Shown here: positions 41,841 through 52,194 of the stretch, one piece after another | How positions within the stretch are numbered: the first letter of the stretch is position 1 | How the letters are laid out: each line of letters opens with the position of its first letter | DNA from: Microcoleus sp. | GTDB taxonomy: Bacteria > Cyanobacteriota > Cyanobacteriia > Cyanobacteriales > Microcoleaceae | DNA: 64,000 nucleotides | Direction: 5' to 3' | NCBI GenBank assembly: GCA_042408215.1 | Contig: JAYFMW010000030.1 | Span: 544,001 to 608,000, forward strand | Translations under genes and position numbers: made by a program | Notes under the pieces: generated by a model | Told to the model about the DNA's origin: nothing | What the model saw: only the letters and a program-made list of their open reading frames with translations | Databases searched by the model: none

Positions 41841-42242
41841 ATGTCAAGACTCTCTAACAAAGTTGTGGTAAACAAAGAGCAGGAATTGCGTCCAGTTCGC
41901 TTCACTGAAACCGGACGGATGCGTTTGGGCAAAATTTTGAAAGTCGCAAGACAGGAAACAGGCTGGTCTGTTAGCGAAACGGAATTTAAGACGAAAGCAT
42001 ACGAAGAAGCACTGTTTACAGCTACCAATCAACCCATACCTAGAGATATCGGTATTAGTGCTGCTACAGTTAACCGTTACGAGCGCGGGAAGTTGGATAA
42101 TCTAGATTGGCGATCGCTCAGTTTGTTATGCTTTGTACTTAAGCCGATCGACCCGGTGACAGGAGAAGCCCTCGAACCGACAAATGCGCTTTACATCGCT
42201 TGCGAACATCCGCCTTATAATGATGCGAAGCTCTATGAGTAG
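41841..42242 (+). CDS. XRE-family HTH regulator 2
   Basis: LGKILKVARQETGWS..SAATVNRYERG. Confidence 0.8.
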   Translation: MSRLSNKVVVNKEQELRPVRFTETGRMRLGKILKVARQETGWSVSETEFKTKAYEEALFTATNQPIPRDIGISAATVNRYERGKLDNLDWRSLSLLCFVLKPIDPVTGEALEPTNALYIACEHPPYNDAKLYE

Positions 42243-42357
42243 TTGATTTGCCATAGGTTAGCTTTTGCTCGCTTTGCAGGAATTGCTGTCGATCGGAACT
42301 GAGTTTTGGGGTCGAAACGACAAGCTACCGATCGCAGGAAAGGCCCCTAATTCCTGT

Positions 42358-42741
42358 TTAAGATGCCACACTGTTCAAAGTTTCCCAACTTTCCAGAGTG
42401 TCTTGGCGTTGAATGCACATTTGTCGCAAAAAGTCAAGGGTTTTTTGGCAATATTGTTTTTTGAATTTGCGGCTGTCCTGTTGAATCGATGTGGCGAGTT
42501 GGCAGATTTCCGAGAGGTTGGGGGAAGTTTGGATCTGGTGGGCGATCGCATTTTGCCATTCTTCCAGCCTGCGGTACGAGATAAATTGTCCGCCTCGATC
42601 GCGCCGATGCACAAACACCACATTAGCCCAAGATTCCACCCGCTGAATTAGATTTTGGGGAATTTTCAGGAGTCGGGCGATCGACCTCACGGTGATGCGG
42701 AGCTTTTTCGATGGTTGAATCCGGCGAAATAGAGGTGTCAT
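42358..42741 (-). CDS. Conserved 127-aa hypothetical protein, copy 3
   Basis: 3 aa differences from copy 2. Confidence 0.75.
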   Translation of the reverse strand: MTPLFRRIQPSKKLRITVRSIARLLKIPQNLIQRVESWANVVFVHRRDRGGQFISYRRLEEWQNAIAHQIQTSPNLSEICQLATSIQQDSRKFKKQYCQKTLDFLRQMCIQRQDTLESWETLNSVAS

Positions 42742-42926
42742 GGCTGAGTCACTCCTGAACTTGGGTGAGTTAGTTGGTGTTCGTGCTTTGTTCTTACTAG
42801 ATCATATCATTCTACACGAATGAAAGTAAGTTGCAGTAATGTTTCTAAATGTGTAATGCTAAAACCCTGTCTGCTGCCAGCAAGGCAAAAGTACAGCTAG
42901 CTTAAGACTTAAATTGGGTTTGTAAA

Positions 42927-43328
42927 ATGTCGGGATTTCTTGACTTTAAGGCTGTCGTCGAGCAGGAAAAACTACGCCCTGTGCGATTCACGGATACGGG
43001 ACGTGGTAGATTGGGTAAACTTCTGAACGCAGCTAGAGGGATTCGTGGCTGGTCAATCATTGAAACAGAAATGGTCACAAAAGAATACGAAGCCGCTCTA
43101 TTTCGGACCGCAGGAGATCCTGTACCAAAAGATGTCGGTATTAGTAATGCTACTGTTAGTCGCTACGAACGCGGGAAGCTAGAAAGTTTGGATTGGCGAT
43201 CGCTCAGTTTGTTATGCTTTGTACTTAAGCCGATCGACCCGGTGACAGGAGAAGCCCTCGAACCGACAAATGCGCTTTACATCGCTTGCGAACATCCGCC
43301 TTATAATGACGCGAAGCTCTATGAGTAG
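42927..43328 (+). CDS. XRE-family HTH regulator 3
   Basis: LGKLLNAARGIRGWS..SNATVSRYERG. Confidence 0.8.
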   Translation: MSGFLDFKAVVEQEKLRPVRFTDTGRGRLGKLLNAARGIRGWSIIETEMVTKEYEAALFRTAGDPVPKDVGISNATVSRYERGKLESLDWRSLSLLCFVLKPIDPVTGEALEPTNALYIACEHPPYNDAKLYE

Positions 43329-43378
43329 TTGATTTTACTGGACAAAAATAAACCATGTCATTGCGACGCACTGCGAAT

Positions 43379-44441
43379 AATGACATGGTTATGTTTATTT
43401 GTGTCGGACTACTTATTTAGTTGGATTTGGAGTTTTTAACCGCAGAGGGCGCAGAGGGCGCAGAGGAGGAGAAGTGAGAGATTAGTCATTCTGATACTAG
43501 CGGATTTGATATTACTTATTGCCCTTTTTCTTGGCCAGCTTTGCTTTGGCTTGCTGCCAAATTTCTTCTAGTTCTTCTACTGGATAATCGGATAACGGCC
43601 GATCGCACTTTTCTTCAACTAACCTAAACCGCTCCACAAACCGCTGATTTGTCCCCTGTAAACCTGACGATGGATCTAAACCGTACCACCGAGCTAGTTG
43701 AATTAACACAAACATAATATCTCCTAATCACTAACAATGACATGGTTACTTTTATTTGTGTCGGACTACTTATTTAGTTGGATTTGGAGTTTTTAACCGC
43801 AGAGGGCGCAGAGGGCGCAGAGGAGGAGAAGTGAGAGATTAGTCATTCTGATACTAGCGGATTTGATATTACTTATTGCCCTTTTTCTTGGCCAGCTTTG
43901 CTTTGGCTTGCTGCCAAATTTCTTCTAGTTCTTCTACTGGATAATCGGATAACGGCCGATCTCACTTTTCTTCAACTAAGCTAAACCGCTCCACAAACCG
44001 CTGATTTGTCCCCTGTAAACCTGACGATGGATCTAAACCGTACCACCGAGCTAGTTGAATTAACGCAAACATAATATCTCCTAATCACTAACAATGACAT
44101 GGTTACTTTTATTTGTGTCGGACTACTTATTTAGTTGGATTTGGAGTTTTTAACCGCAGAGGGCGCAGAGGGCGCAGAGGAGGAGAAGTGAGAGATTAGT
44201 CATTCTGATACTAGCGGATTTGATATTACTTATTGCCCTTTTTCTTGGCCAGCTTTGCTTTGGCTTGCTGCCAAATTTCTTCTAGTTCTTCTACTGGATA
44301 ATCGGATAACGGCCGATCGCACTTTTCTTCAACTAACCTAAACCGCTCCACAAACCGCTGATTTGTCCCCTGTAAAGCTGACGACGCATCTAAACCATAC
44401 CACCGAGCTAGTTGAATTAACACAAACATAATATCTCCTAA
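43379..44441. repeat. Three tandem 357-bp units, each containing the mazG 3' end (two pseudo-copies + the real gene end)
   Basis: AATGACATGGTTA at 43379, 43736 and 44093. Confidence 0.9.
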
Positions 44442-45050
44442 TTCTGACTGCTGCGCTTCTTTGTCTTCATGTTTGAGAGCCTGTTCAAATTCTGCCATTT
44501 CTTCGTGAAATTTATCCCAAACACCGTCTACTCTGTCCCAATCAAAACTCGCTTCTGCCGCTTTTTGAGAGATTTTCATCCCGGCGGCGATCGGAGGTAA
44601 TGTGCTAGCATAACGGCTCATTTTTGATGCTACAGTTGGCTTTTGCGAGGTTTCGCCTTTTTCTGCTGCTTTGATTTTTTCCCAGTTTTCGTTGACTTCA
44701 TCTACGCTTTTGATCTCGACATCGCCGAAGACGTGGGGATGTCGCCGAATTAGTTTTTCTGTAATCCCATTGGCGATTTCTGCGAGGGTGAATTGACTGG
44801 TTTCGCTGGCAATTTGAGCTTGGAGCACTACTTGTAAGAGTAAGTCTCCTAATTCTTCGGCGATCGCATCTTTTTCCCCCCGACGAATCGCATCGGCGAC
44901 TTCATAAGCTTCTTCGATAATATGGGGAATTAGGGTTTGGGGCGTTTGGGCTAAATCCCAAGGACATCCGCCCTCGGGATCTCGCAATTTTGCTACAACT
45001 TCGATTAATTTTTCCACTGCTATGAGCGATCGACTTTCAGAATTAGACAT
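44226..45050 (-). CDS. mazG: Nucleoside triphosphate pyrophosphohydrolase MazG
   Basis: GCPWD, EEAYEV, EELGDLL, RRHPHVF. Confidence 0.95.
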   Translation of the reverse strand: MSNSESRSLIAVEKLIEVVAKLRDPEGGCPWDLAQTPQTLIPHIIEEAYEVADAIRRGEKDAIAEELGDLLLQVVLQAQIASETSQFTLAEIANGITEKLIRRHPHVFGDVEIKSVDEVNENWEKIKAAEKGETSQKPTVASKMSRYASTLPPIAAGMKISQKAAEASFDWDRVDGVWDKFHEEMAEFEQALKHEDKEAQQSELGDIMFVLIQLARWYGLDASSALQGTNQRFVERFRLVEEKCDRPLSDYPVEELEEIWQQAKAKLAKKKGNK

Positions 45051-45126
45051 CATAATTTACCTTATTTACCTTTTCTAGCAACCTTCTCGCCGCTTAGGAC
45101 ATTGTTAATCGCCCAAACCATTGATT

Positions 45127-45783
45127 TTATTGCTTCTTCCTTCTTTGTACTCTGAGCGCATTCCCCGGGCCTTCTTCCTTTTTCTTTCTGACTTCTACTA
45201 TGGATTTGCTAGATGTGTGAATGGGAGCTTTGCGTTTGCGCCTCTTAATTGGGCTTGGAGGCCGCCACCCGCTCAATCCTTTCTTTTTGAATCTTTTGTA
45301 AGCAGAGCCACCCCAATCGCTTAGATAGTGGCTCATAGCGCCCAATTCTAAGCCGATGTAAACCGTCAAAAGTTCAATGTGGTATTGAGCGATCGATCGC
45401 CAACAACTTAAAACCACTTCCTCCCAATTCCATCCAGGGTTTCCGACTGTTTGAGCAATTGTCAATCCAAATATCCCCACAAACCCGATCCAGGTAGTCA
45501 GGTACAATATTCGCAAAGCAGTGCCAATTAGAGGGCCGTGAGACAGGAAAGAGCGATGGCGCAGGCTTTTCTGGTACGGGAGCCAAATCGGCCGCAACCA
45601 TCCCCAGCGCTGATACTGACAGGAGTAGATGTCTAAGTCTGGCCCAAACATCAGCCCGCCAAATAAAAAGCTGCTGGAAACCAGCAAAGTCAGATTGCTG
45701 CTTTGAGTCTGGCCAAATGTGAGTGCTGCTACAAAGGGCAAACTCCACAGGGTTATGCGATCGTGGGTGTAGCCAGAGGGCAT
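45127..45783 (-). CDS. DUF2227 metal-binding membrane protein
   Basis: MPSGYTHD, GPDLD, HRSFLSHG, SHYLSD. Confidence 0.8.
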   Translation of the reverse strand: MPSGYTHDRITLWSLPFVAALTFGQTQSSNLTLLVSSSFLFGGLMFGPDLDIYSCQYQRWGWLRPIWLPYQKSLRHRSFLSHGPLIGTALRILYLTTWIGFVGIFGLTIAQTVGNPGWNWEEVVLSCWRSIAQYHIELLTVYIGLELGAMSHYLSDWGGSAYKRFKKKGLSGWRPPSPIKRRKRKAPIHTSSKSIVEVRKKKEEGPGNALRVQRRKKQ

Positions 45784-45854
45784 TTAAAGTTTAGGATTTT
45801 TTTATTTGATTTTTCTGAGATACTGTGATATGATAAATCCTTGTGAGTGCAAAT

Positions 45855-45926
45855 GGGCGATTAGCTCAGTGGTAGAGCGCCTGCTTTACACGCAGGATGC
45901 CGTAGGTTCAAATCCTACATCGCCCA
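45855..45926 (+). tRNA. trnV: tRNA-Val(TAC)
   Basis: GGGCGAT..TAGCTCAGTGGTAGAGC, anticodon arm CCTGC-TTTACAC-GCAGG, GGTTCAAATCC..ATCGCCCA. Confidence 0.95.
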
Positions 45927-46341
45927 TCCGATAACTCAATATCTACAGTTTCAGCCGTTTTTCGCCCTCCAGCGGAGAACGGCTGACATTGTATTGGATG
46001 ACGGTTGACTGGTGATGCTTGGGTGTTGTCATATCTAATCCGGTAGCATCGGAATTATTCATCTCTCTCTTCTCTCCCTCTGCGCCCTCTGGCGCTGGAG
46101 CGGTTAAATCATTCCGATGCAACCGGAAACGATATCAGTTGGATTTGGTGATGACTATAGCAACCGCGCCCGGTGCCACCGGATCGTCTTAATTGCTGAA
46201 ACCATTACTGGGAATTGCATTTCCCTTCTTCCTTCTTCCTTCGGCTGTAAATTCAACATTCTGTGGCGGATGTCAGCAAAGTTGGCACTCGATGTTGGAA
46301 AATTAATTAATTCATTGATTTTCTTTTTTACAATCCTGTAT

Positions 46342-46725
46342 ATGAAGCCGAAAATAACTAGCCCGATCGCATGGCAGCAAGCTGAACTGCTGATGCAGCC
46401 CGCCCTGATTCGAGTGCTCGACAATATCCGCAAACAACTAGAAGAGTCTGTTTGGACAGGGACTTATCAAGAGGTGCACACTCCATTTCCTGGCTATCAA
46501 CTAATTTTAGAGCGACAAGGCGATCGAAGGTGCGTCGATATTTGGGAACTTTGCTATCGAGTCTGTTTTGTTAACTACCAACCAGCTCACTCTGATATGC
46601 AAAGTCAGGAAGTTGAAATTGATCCTCTTTTGATTGAGGAGGATACTGGCGATGTAGATTGGATTCGTCTAGATGCTAAAACTAGCCAATTAATACAGGA
46701 AATATTCGCTAATTTGGCTAATTAG
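46342..46725 (+). CDS. Conserved cyanobacterial hypothetical protein
   Basis: MKPK..AELLMQPALIRVLDNIRKQLE; the longer ORF starts inside a MITE. Confidence 0.7.
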   Translation: MKPKITSPIAWQQAELLMQPALIRVLDNIRKQLEESVWTGTYQEVHTPFPGYQLILERQGDRRCVDIWELCYRVCFVNYQPAHSDMQSQEVEIDPLLIEEDTGDVDWIRLDAKTSQLIQEIFANLAN

Positions 46726-46932
46726 TCATTGGTCATTGGTCATTGGTCATTGGTCATTAGTCATTAGTCATCAGTCATTAGTCATTAGTCATCAGTCATT
46801 AGTCATTAGTCATTAGTCATCAGTCATCAGTCATTAGTCATTAGTCATCAGTCATCAGTCATCAGTCATTAGTCATTAGTCATTAGTCATTAGTCATCAG
46901 TCAACAGTCAACAGTTAACAGTCAACAGTCAA
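46724..46932. repeat. Heptamer STRR array (GTCATTG/GTCATTA/GTCATCA)
   Basis: Directly visible. Confidence 0.9.
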
Positions 46933-46941
46933 CAAAATCTT

Positions 46942-47994
46942 ATGCTGATTCAGGAATTGCAAGACATTCAAGCATCCGCAGGTGCTATCTTTGGTGAGTT
47001 AACAACCGGAGAAACAGTCCCTGTTACTTTTGGGAATGATCCAGCCGCCATCGCCGCAACTAAAGAAAGTGTAGCTTTGTGCGATCGCACTTATTGGGGA
47101 CGCATTCAAATTTCTGATAGCGATCGCCTACGGTTTTTGCACAATCAAACTACTAATAATTTCAATATACTCAAACCCGGTCAAGGTTGCGACACCGTTT
47201 TCGTGACTTTCACCGCGCGCACGATCGATCTCGCCACCGCCTATGCTACAGAAGATGCTGTGCTGCTGTTAGTTTCTCCCAACCGCCGCCAACAATTGCT
47301 CGAATTACTCGATCGCTATATTTTCCCAATGGATCGCGTAGAATTAACAGATTTAACTGATACAACTGTTAGTTTCAGTCTCCTCGGCCCGGAAAGTATT
47401 AAGTTCCTCGAAAAACTCGGAGTTAGCGAACTGGAAAATCAACCCTATGCTACTCACAAATTAATAAAATTTGCAGGAAGAGACGTCAGAGTTGCTGTTG
47501 GTAGCGGTTTAGCATCTCCTGGATACACCTTAATTGCGTCAGCCAGCGATGCAGCTAACTTGTGGCATGAATTAGTCGAAGCTGGGGCCGTACCAATGGG
47601 CGATCGCATCTGGGAACAACTGCGAATAGAACAAGGCCGCCCCGCAGTAGATTTTGAACTCACAGATGATTACAACCCCCTAGAAGCAAGACTTTTACAC
47701 ACGATTACCTATGATAAAGGCTGCTACATTGGTCAAGAAACAATTGCTCGATTGAACACCTACAAAGGAGTCAAACAGCAACTTTGGGGCGTGCAATTGA
47801 GCGGTGCTGTTGAACCGGGTACTGTAGTTACAATCGGAGAGGAAAAAGTCGGAAAAATTACCAGTTTTACTGAAACAGAATCTGGCTTTTTTGGTCTGGC
47901 TTACATCCGCACAAAGGCTGGAGGCGAAGGATTGAAAGTACAGGTGGGAGAAATTTATGGGGAAGTGGTAAATGTGCCTTTTTTAAGTTTATAG
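46942..47994 (+). CDS. ygfZ: Folate-binding protein YgfZ/GcvT family
   Basis: KGCYIGQE motif. Confidence 0.88.
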   Translation: MLIQELQDIQASAGAIFGELTTGETVPVTFGNDPAAIAATKESVALCDRTYWGRIQISDSDRLRFLHNQTTNNFNILKPGQGCDTVFVTFTARTIDLATAYATEDAVLLLVSPNRRQQLLELLDRYIFPMDRVELTDLTDTTVSFSLLGPESIKFLEKLGVSELENQPYATHKLIKFAGRDVRVAVGSGLASPGYTLIASASDAANLWHELVEAGAVPMGDRIWEQLRIEQGRPAVDFELTDDYNPLEARLLHTITYDKGCYIGQETIARLNTYKGVKQQLWGVQLSGAVEPGTVVTIGEEKVGKITSFTETESGFFGLAYIRTKAGGEGLKVQVGEIYGEVVNVPFLSL

Positions 47995-48128
47995 CCGAAG
48001 GAAGGAGGAATCAGGAATAAAGTGTTCATAAGATTTTTTCACCGCAGATAAACGCCAATAAACGCCGATGCAATTCCATCGGCGTTCATCTGTGTTGATC
48101 CGCTGATATCTGCGGTGAAAAAAAGTCC

Positions 48129-48635
48129 TTATTTTGCCGATTTATGTGCTTTGTTTTCAGGTTCTGGAGATTGCAAAGCTTCGTCAAGAATTGCACGGGC
48201 CCCCTCGGCTTTACTCCTAGCATCTCGATAGCGGACTTGAGCTTGAGCGAAGTTTTTGAGAACCTTGAAACCGTCTTTGAGACTGCTGATTTCCTCAGCA
48301 TTTACAGGCTCATCTGTAAACAAAATGTCGATCGCAGCCCGGATTTTCAGTGCTTCTTCGCGGGATTCCATTACCTTCAATTTGAGACTTGCCAAATTGC
48401 TCAGAATCTGTACTGCTTCAGTAATCGCGTCTTCGCCTTCAGACGCAGCATCTTCCATCTCTTTAACTTCGACAAACTGTTTTGGCCCAAATCCTTCTTT
48501 GAGATCCGTAGGTAGTTGACCAGCATCCATGAGCTCCATCAGCTTATCCATCGCTTCTTCGCGGGCTTTGGCTGAATCTTTCCCTTTGACAGTTAAAATA
48601 ATTTCGGGGCTTTGAGGAAGTGTATAGCGAACCAT
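48129..48635 (-). CDS. Conserved hypothetical protein
   Basis: MVRYTLPQSPEIIL; helical ORF with normal composition. Confidence 0.7.
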   Translation of the reverse strand: MVRYTLPQSPEIILTVKGKDSAKAREEAMDKLMELMDAGQLPTDLKEGFGPKQFVEVKEMEDAASEGEDAITEAVQILSNLASLKLKVMESREEALKIRAAIDILFTDEPVNAEEISSLKDGFKVLKNFAQAQVRYRDARSKAEGARAILDEALQSPEPENKAHKSAK

Positions 48636-48773
48636 ATTTTGATAGCCTGTGCGCGACAACAATTAATGATATTTTATCTTTATTCGATCGCCAGTTGCAG
48701 CTATCAATCCCGCCAACTGGCTAACCGCTTGCCAAAAGTTGACACATATACACTCAAAAGGAACACTAAAATA

Positions 48774-49016
48774 ATGAAAGATAAATTTCTTAACTGGCTC
48801 AACATATTTTTAGTCGCTGACGTATTTTTCGTCTTTGCTAGCTTTGCGTGGTTTGCGATCGCAGTATTAGGTCGATCGACCGGCGTGAATCTCGGTTTCG
48901 ATCTGTGGTACAGTCTGTGGCAGCCCGTATTTAATCCCGCCCTCGGAATTCTCATGGGTGGCGCTATTCTGAGCGGCATTATTAATCAGATTTCTAAGCG
49001 CCTCAATCCCAAGTAA
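48774..49016 (+). CDS. Small membrane protein
   Basis: MKDKFLNWLN; two TM segments. Confidence 0.7.
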   Translation: MKDKFLNWLNIFLVADVFFVFASFAWFAIAVLGRSTGVNLGFDLWYSLWQPVFNPALGILMGGAILSGIINQISKRLNPK

Positions 49017-49156
49017 GATTTTGGTAAACAGCCTCTTTCCAGAAAGTTCGATCGCCCGCCTGTCAGTTTTGATGCCACAGAGGTACGATGGAACCTAGGG
49101 AGGATGCCAGGCCTGGTACGGTTAAGCTTGGCGAGAATACCCACAGGAAGGGAAAA

Positions 49157-50584
49157 ATGACACTTAACTTGCGGCGACCGGTTTTAATTGGCGGAATAGG
49201 ACTTTCAGCAGCACTGTGGCTGTTGGAAAGTCTACAGCACTCTGGCTCAGAAATGGGCGAAACGGCACTCATCGGCTTGGTGGCAGCTAGTGCGGGATAC
49301 TGGTGGTGGCAGCGACAATCGCCCAAACTTGAACTCGCACTCCCGCAACCCCTGGCAAGTCGGGAAGCAGCCGAAAAAGCAATCGCGACTTCAGAAGCTG
49401 CAATTAATTTGCTAGCCTCAGAAGCTCAAAACTCCCCAGATCCTGCTCATCTAAAAGCACAGCTCGATCGACTAACCGCCGAATTAGACCGACAAGATTT
49501 GCGGATTAGCATCACTGGCGGCAAAGCTGTAGGCAAAACTGCCTTAATTCAAGTTTTAAATTCTAATTGGGCATCCCAACACTCACAAAAACTGAGTTTT
49601 CAAGAAACAGCCCCGCTATTTATTAATACGACGAATGCCGATGCCAAAATCAGCGATGATTTAGTGCTGTTTGTAACATCTGGCGACATCACGGATTCAG
49701 AATTTAAAACATTATCTCAGCTAGCCTCCGCCGGTCAGCGCTTGCTGTTAGTGTGGAACAAACAAGACCAATATTTACCGACTCAGCAGTCGCAAATTTT
49801 GCATTCTTTGCAGCAAAGAATGCAAGGAATACTGGGTACAGAAGATATAATTGCGATCGCAGCTTCCCCCAATTCGATTAAAGTGCGGCAGCACCAACCG
49901 GACGGCACTTTTCAAGAACGGATGGAAAATCAAGTCTCTCAAATTCAGCCGCTGACAGCAAGATTGACTCAAATCTTAACTCAAGAAAGTCAACAATTGG
50001 TCTGGGCTAACACAGTGCGATCGGCAGCAACAGTCAAATTAGAGGCGAAAACTCTATTAAATGCAGTCAGAGGCGATCGAGCTTTTCCCATCATCGAACA
50101 ATATCAGTACATCGCAGCCGCCGCCGTCTTTGCTAATCCCGTTCCCGCCTTAGACTTGCTCGCAACAACAGCCATCAGCACCCAACTTGTAATCGACCTC
50201 GGCGCTATCTACCAGCAAAAGTTTTCCTTAGACCAAGCTAAGGCAGTAGCGGCAACTTTGGCAAGCCAAATGTTCAAATTGGGATTAGTAGAACTCTCAA
50301 CTCAAACTATTACTGGACTTCTCAAAACCAATGCCGTCACCTTTGTCGCCGGAGGCGCAGTGCAGGGAATTAGTGCAGCCTATTTTACCAGAATCGCTGG
50401 ACTAAGTTTAATTGAATATTTCCAAAGTCGATCCCTGGAAAATTCTGTTAATGGTAGCTTAAATATTGACCAGTTGACTAAAACTTTGCAAGCAGTATTT
50501 AAGCAAAATCAGCAAATTTCCTTCTTGCAATCTTTCATCAACCAAATTGCGAGTAGCCTCTCGCCTCAAACATCCATCCGTTAA
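49157..50584 (+). CDS. GTPase-like DUF697/YcjF protein
   Basis: GGKAVGKT, WNKQD, NPVPALDLL. Confidence 0.8.
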   Translation: MTLNLRRPVLIGGIGLSAALWLLESLQHSGSEMGETALIGLVAASAGYWWWQRQSPKLELALPQPLASREAAEKAIATSEAAINLLASEAQNSPDPAHLKAQLDRLTAELDRQDLRISITGGKAVGKTALIQVLNSNWASQHSQKLSFQETAPLFINTTNADAKISDDLVLFVTSGDITDSEFKTLSQLASAGQRLLLVWNKQDQYLPTQQSQILHSLQQRMQGILGTEDIIAIAASPNSIKVRQHQPDGTFQERMENQVSQIQPLTARLTQILTQESQQLVWANTVRSAATVKLEAKTLLNAVRGDRAFPIIEQYQYIAAAAVFANPVPALDLLATTAISTQLVIDLGAIYQQKFSLDQAKAVAATLASQMFKLGLVELSTQTITGLLKTNAVTFVAGGAVQGISAAYFTRIAGLSLIEYFQSRSLENSVNGSLNIDQLTKTLQAVFKQNQQISFLQSFINQIASSLSPQTSIR

Positions 50585-50617
50585 ATCCGTTACACAATCC
50601 GCTGCCGAACTTCTCCA

Positions 50618-52090
50618 ATGGCTGACAATTCCATTCAAGAAAATCGCTTATCCCTCGCCCGCGCCAGTTTGCGCCTCGCCCTGGCGCGCTATTCTCACCT
50701 ACGCCAAATCAAAAAAGACTCGAATACAGACTCGAATACAGAATTAGAAGCGGCACTGCAAAATCAGTTAGATATCTTAACTTACACCTCCGAAAAACTC
50801 GACCACAGCGTCATTCGCATCGCTACTTTCGGCTTAGTTAGTCGCGGCAAATCAGCAGTATTAAATGCACTTTTAGGTCAAAAAATTCTGCAAACAGGCC
50901 CTCTCAATGGCGTTACCCAATGGCCGCGATCCGTGCGCTGGCCAGTGCCTTTATCCCTGAATAACGGGGAGTCATCCGCAGTGCAAGTCGAATTAATTGA
51001 TACACCCGGAATTGATGAAGTTGGCGGCGAAGTGCGCGGGGAAATGGCGAAACAAGTAACTCGTCAAGCAGACTTAATTTTGTTTGTTGTTGCCGGTGAT
51101 ATCACCCGCACTGAATATCAAGCACTGTGCGAATTACAAACAGCTCAAAAACCGCTGATTTTAGTTTTTAATAAAATTGACCTCTATCCAGAATTAGACA
51201 GAAAAGCTATTTACAAAAGTTTGCAAGCCCTGGGAAATGCCGAAAAGTTAGCAGCCGATGCGGTGACAGATAAATCAGATAGCGAAAATTTGTCCCCAAA
51301 CAATCCCTCACCTAAATCTGCTACAAAATCGCCTACAAAATCCGCTCCTAAAAATGCCAAATCTTTAGAAATAGTGATGATAGCTGCGGAACCGGCACCG
51401 ATGCAGGTACGAATTGAATGGCCCGATGGCAGAATTACTCACGAATGGGAGTCGCCGCCACCGCAGGTAGACGAGCTCAAACAGAAAATTTTGACGATTC
51501 TTAACCGAGAAGGTCGATCGCTCCTAGCTCTCAATGCTTTAATGGAAGCTAGAGATGCTGAAGCAAATATAGCCCATCAAATTCTCAAATTGCGACAAAC
51601 AGAAGCCGAAGATTTAATCTGGCAATTTGCCAAATATAAAGCTCTAGCTGTTGGCTTAAATCCCATTGCTTTCCTCGACGTCATGGGAGCAACTGTCGCC
51701 GATTTAGCCTTAATTCGCTCTTTATCCAGACTTTACGGTTTACCCATGACTGGTTACGAAGCGGGGAAACTTTGGCAAACTATTTTCTCTAGTGCTGGTG
51801 GCGTACTTTTGGGAGAATTGGGTAGCAGTTTTCTCTTGGGATTCGGCAAAAGTGCAGCCATTGCTGCTCCCCAAATCGGCTTTTCTACTTTTGCAGGAGT
51901 TGCAGTTACTCAAGCTAGTTTAGCAGCTTATGGAACCTATGCTGTCGGTCGCGCCGCCCAAGTTTATTTAGAAAAAGGCTGCACTTGGGGTCCCCTGGGA
52001 CAAGATACAGTAATTCAAGAAATTCTCGGCACCATAGAACGAGATACAATTATCGATCGCCTACAGCAAGAATTCAAAAGTCATCAGTGA
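50618..52090 (+). CDS. GTP-binding DUF697 protein
   Basis: GLVSRGKS, DTPG, NKID. Confidence 0.85.
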   Translation: MADNSIQENRLSLARASLRLALARYSHLRQIKKDSNTDSNTELEAALQNQLDILTYTSEKLDHSVIRIATFGLVSRGKSAVLNALLGQKILQTGPLNGVTQWPRSVRWPVPLSLNNGESSAVQVELIDTPGIDEVGGEVRGEMAKQVTRQADLILFVVAGDITRTEYQALCELQTAQKPLILVFNKIDLYPELDRKAIYKSLQALGNAEKLAADAVTDKSDSENLSPNNPSPKSATKSPTKSAPKNAKSLEIVMIAAEPAPMQVRIEWPDGRITHEWESPPPQVDELKQKILTILNREGRSLLALNALMEARDAEANIAHQILKLRQTEAEDLIWQFAKYKALAVGLNPIAFLDVMGATVADLALIRSLSRLYGLPMTGYEAGKLWQTIFSSAGGVLLGELGSSFLLGFGKSAAIAAPQIGFSTFAGVAVTQASLAAYGTYAVGRAAQVYLEKGCTWGPLGQDTVIQEILGTIERDTIIDRLQQEFKSHQ

Positions 52091-52194
52091 TCTCAATTCC
52101 GGCTGCGCCGGAATGATCTACCGAAACAGCGTCAAAAGTGCAACGAGGACAAGTTATATCAAATGTTGACATCGGAATTATAAGAAATACCCTG

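Noticed and set aside
41239..42651. Plus-strand 107- and 128-aa ORFs and 82-aa alternate-frame ORFs in the cassette array
   Set aside because: They overlap the conserved 127-aa genes, and their recurrence follows from DNA identity. Only the first ~20 codons at 42265 are informative, as an XRE relic.
43512..43715. 67-aa ORF as a separate gene or DGR template/variable repeat
   Set aside because: It is a mazG 3' duplicate. The differences are not adenine-specific and no reverse transcriptase is present.
45855..46140. Integrative element at tRNA-Val
   Set aside because: No integrase and no duplicated tRNA 3' end found in the window
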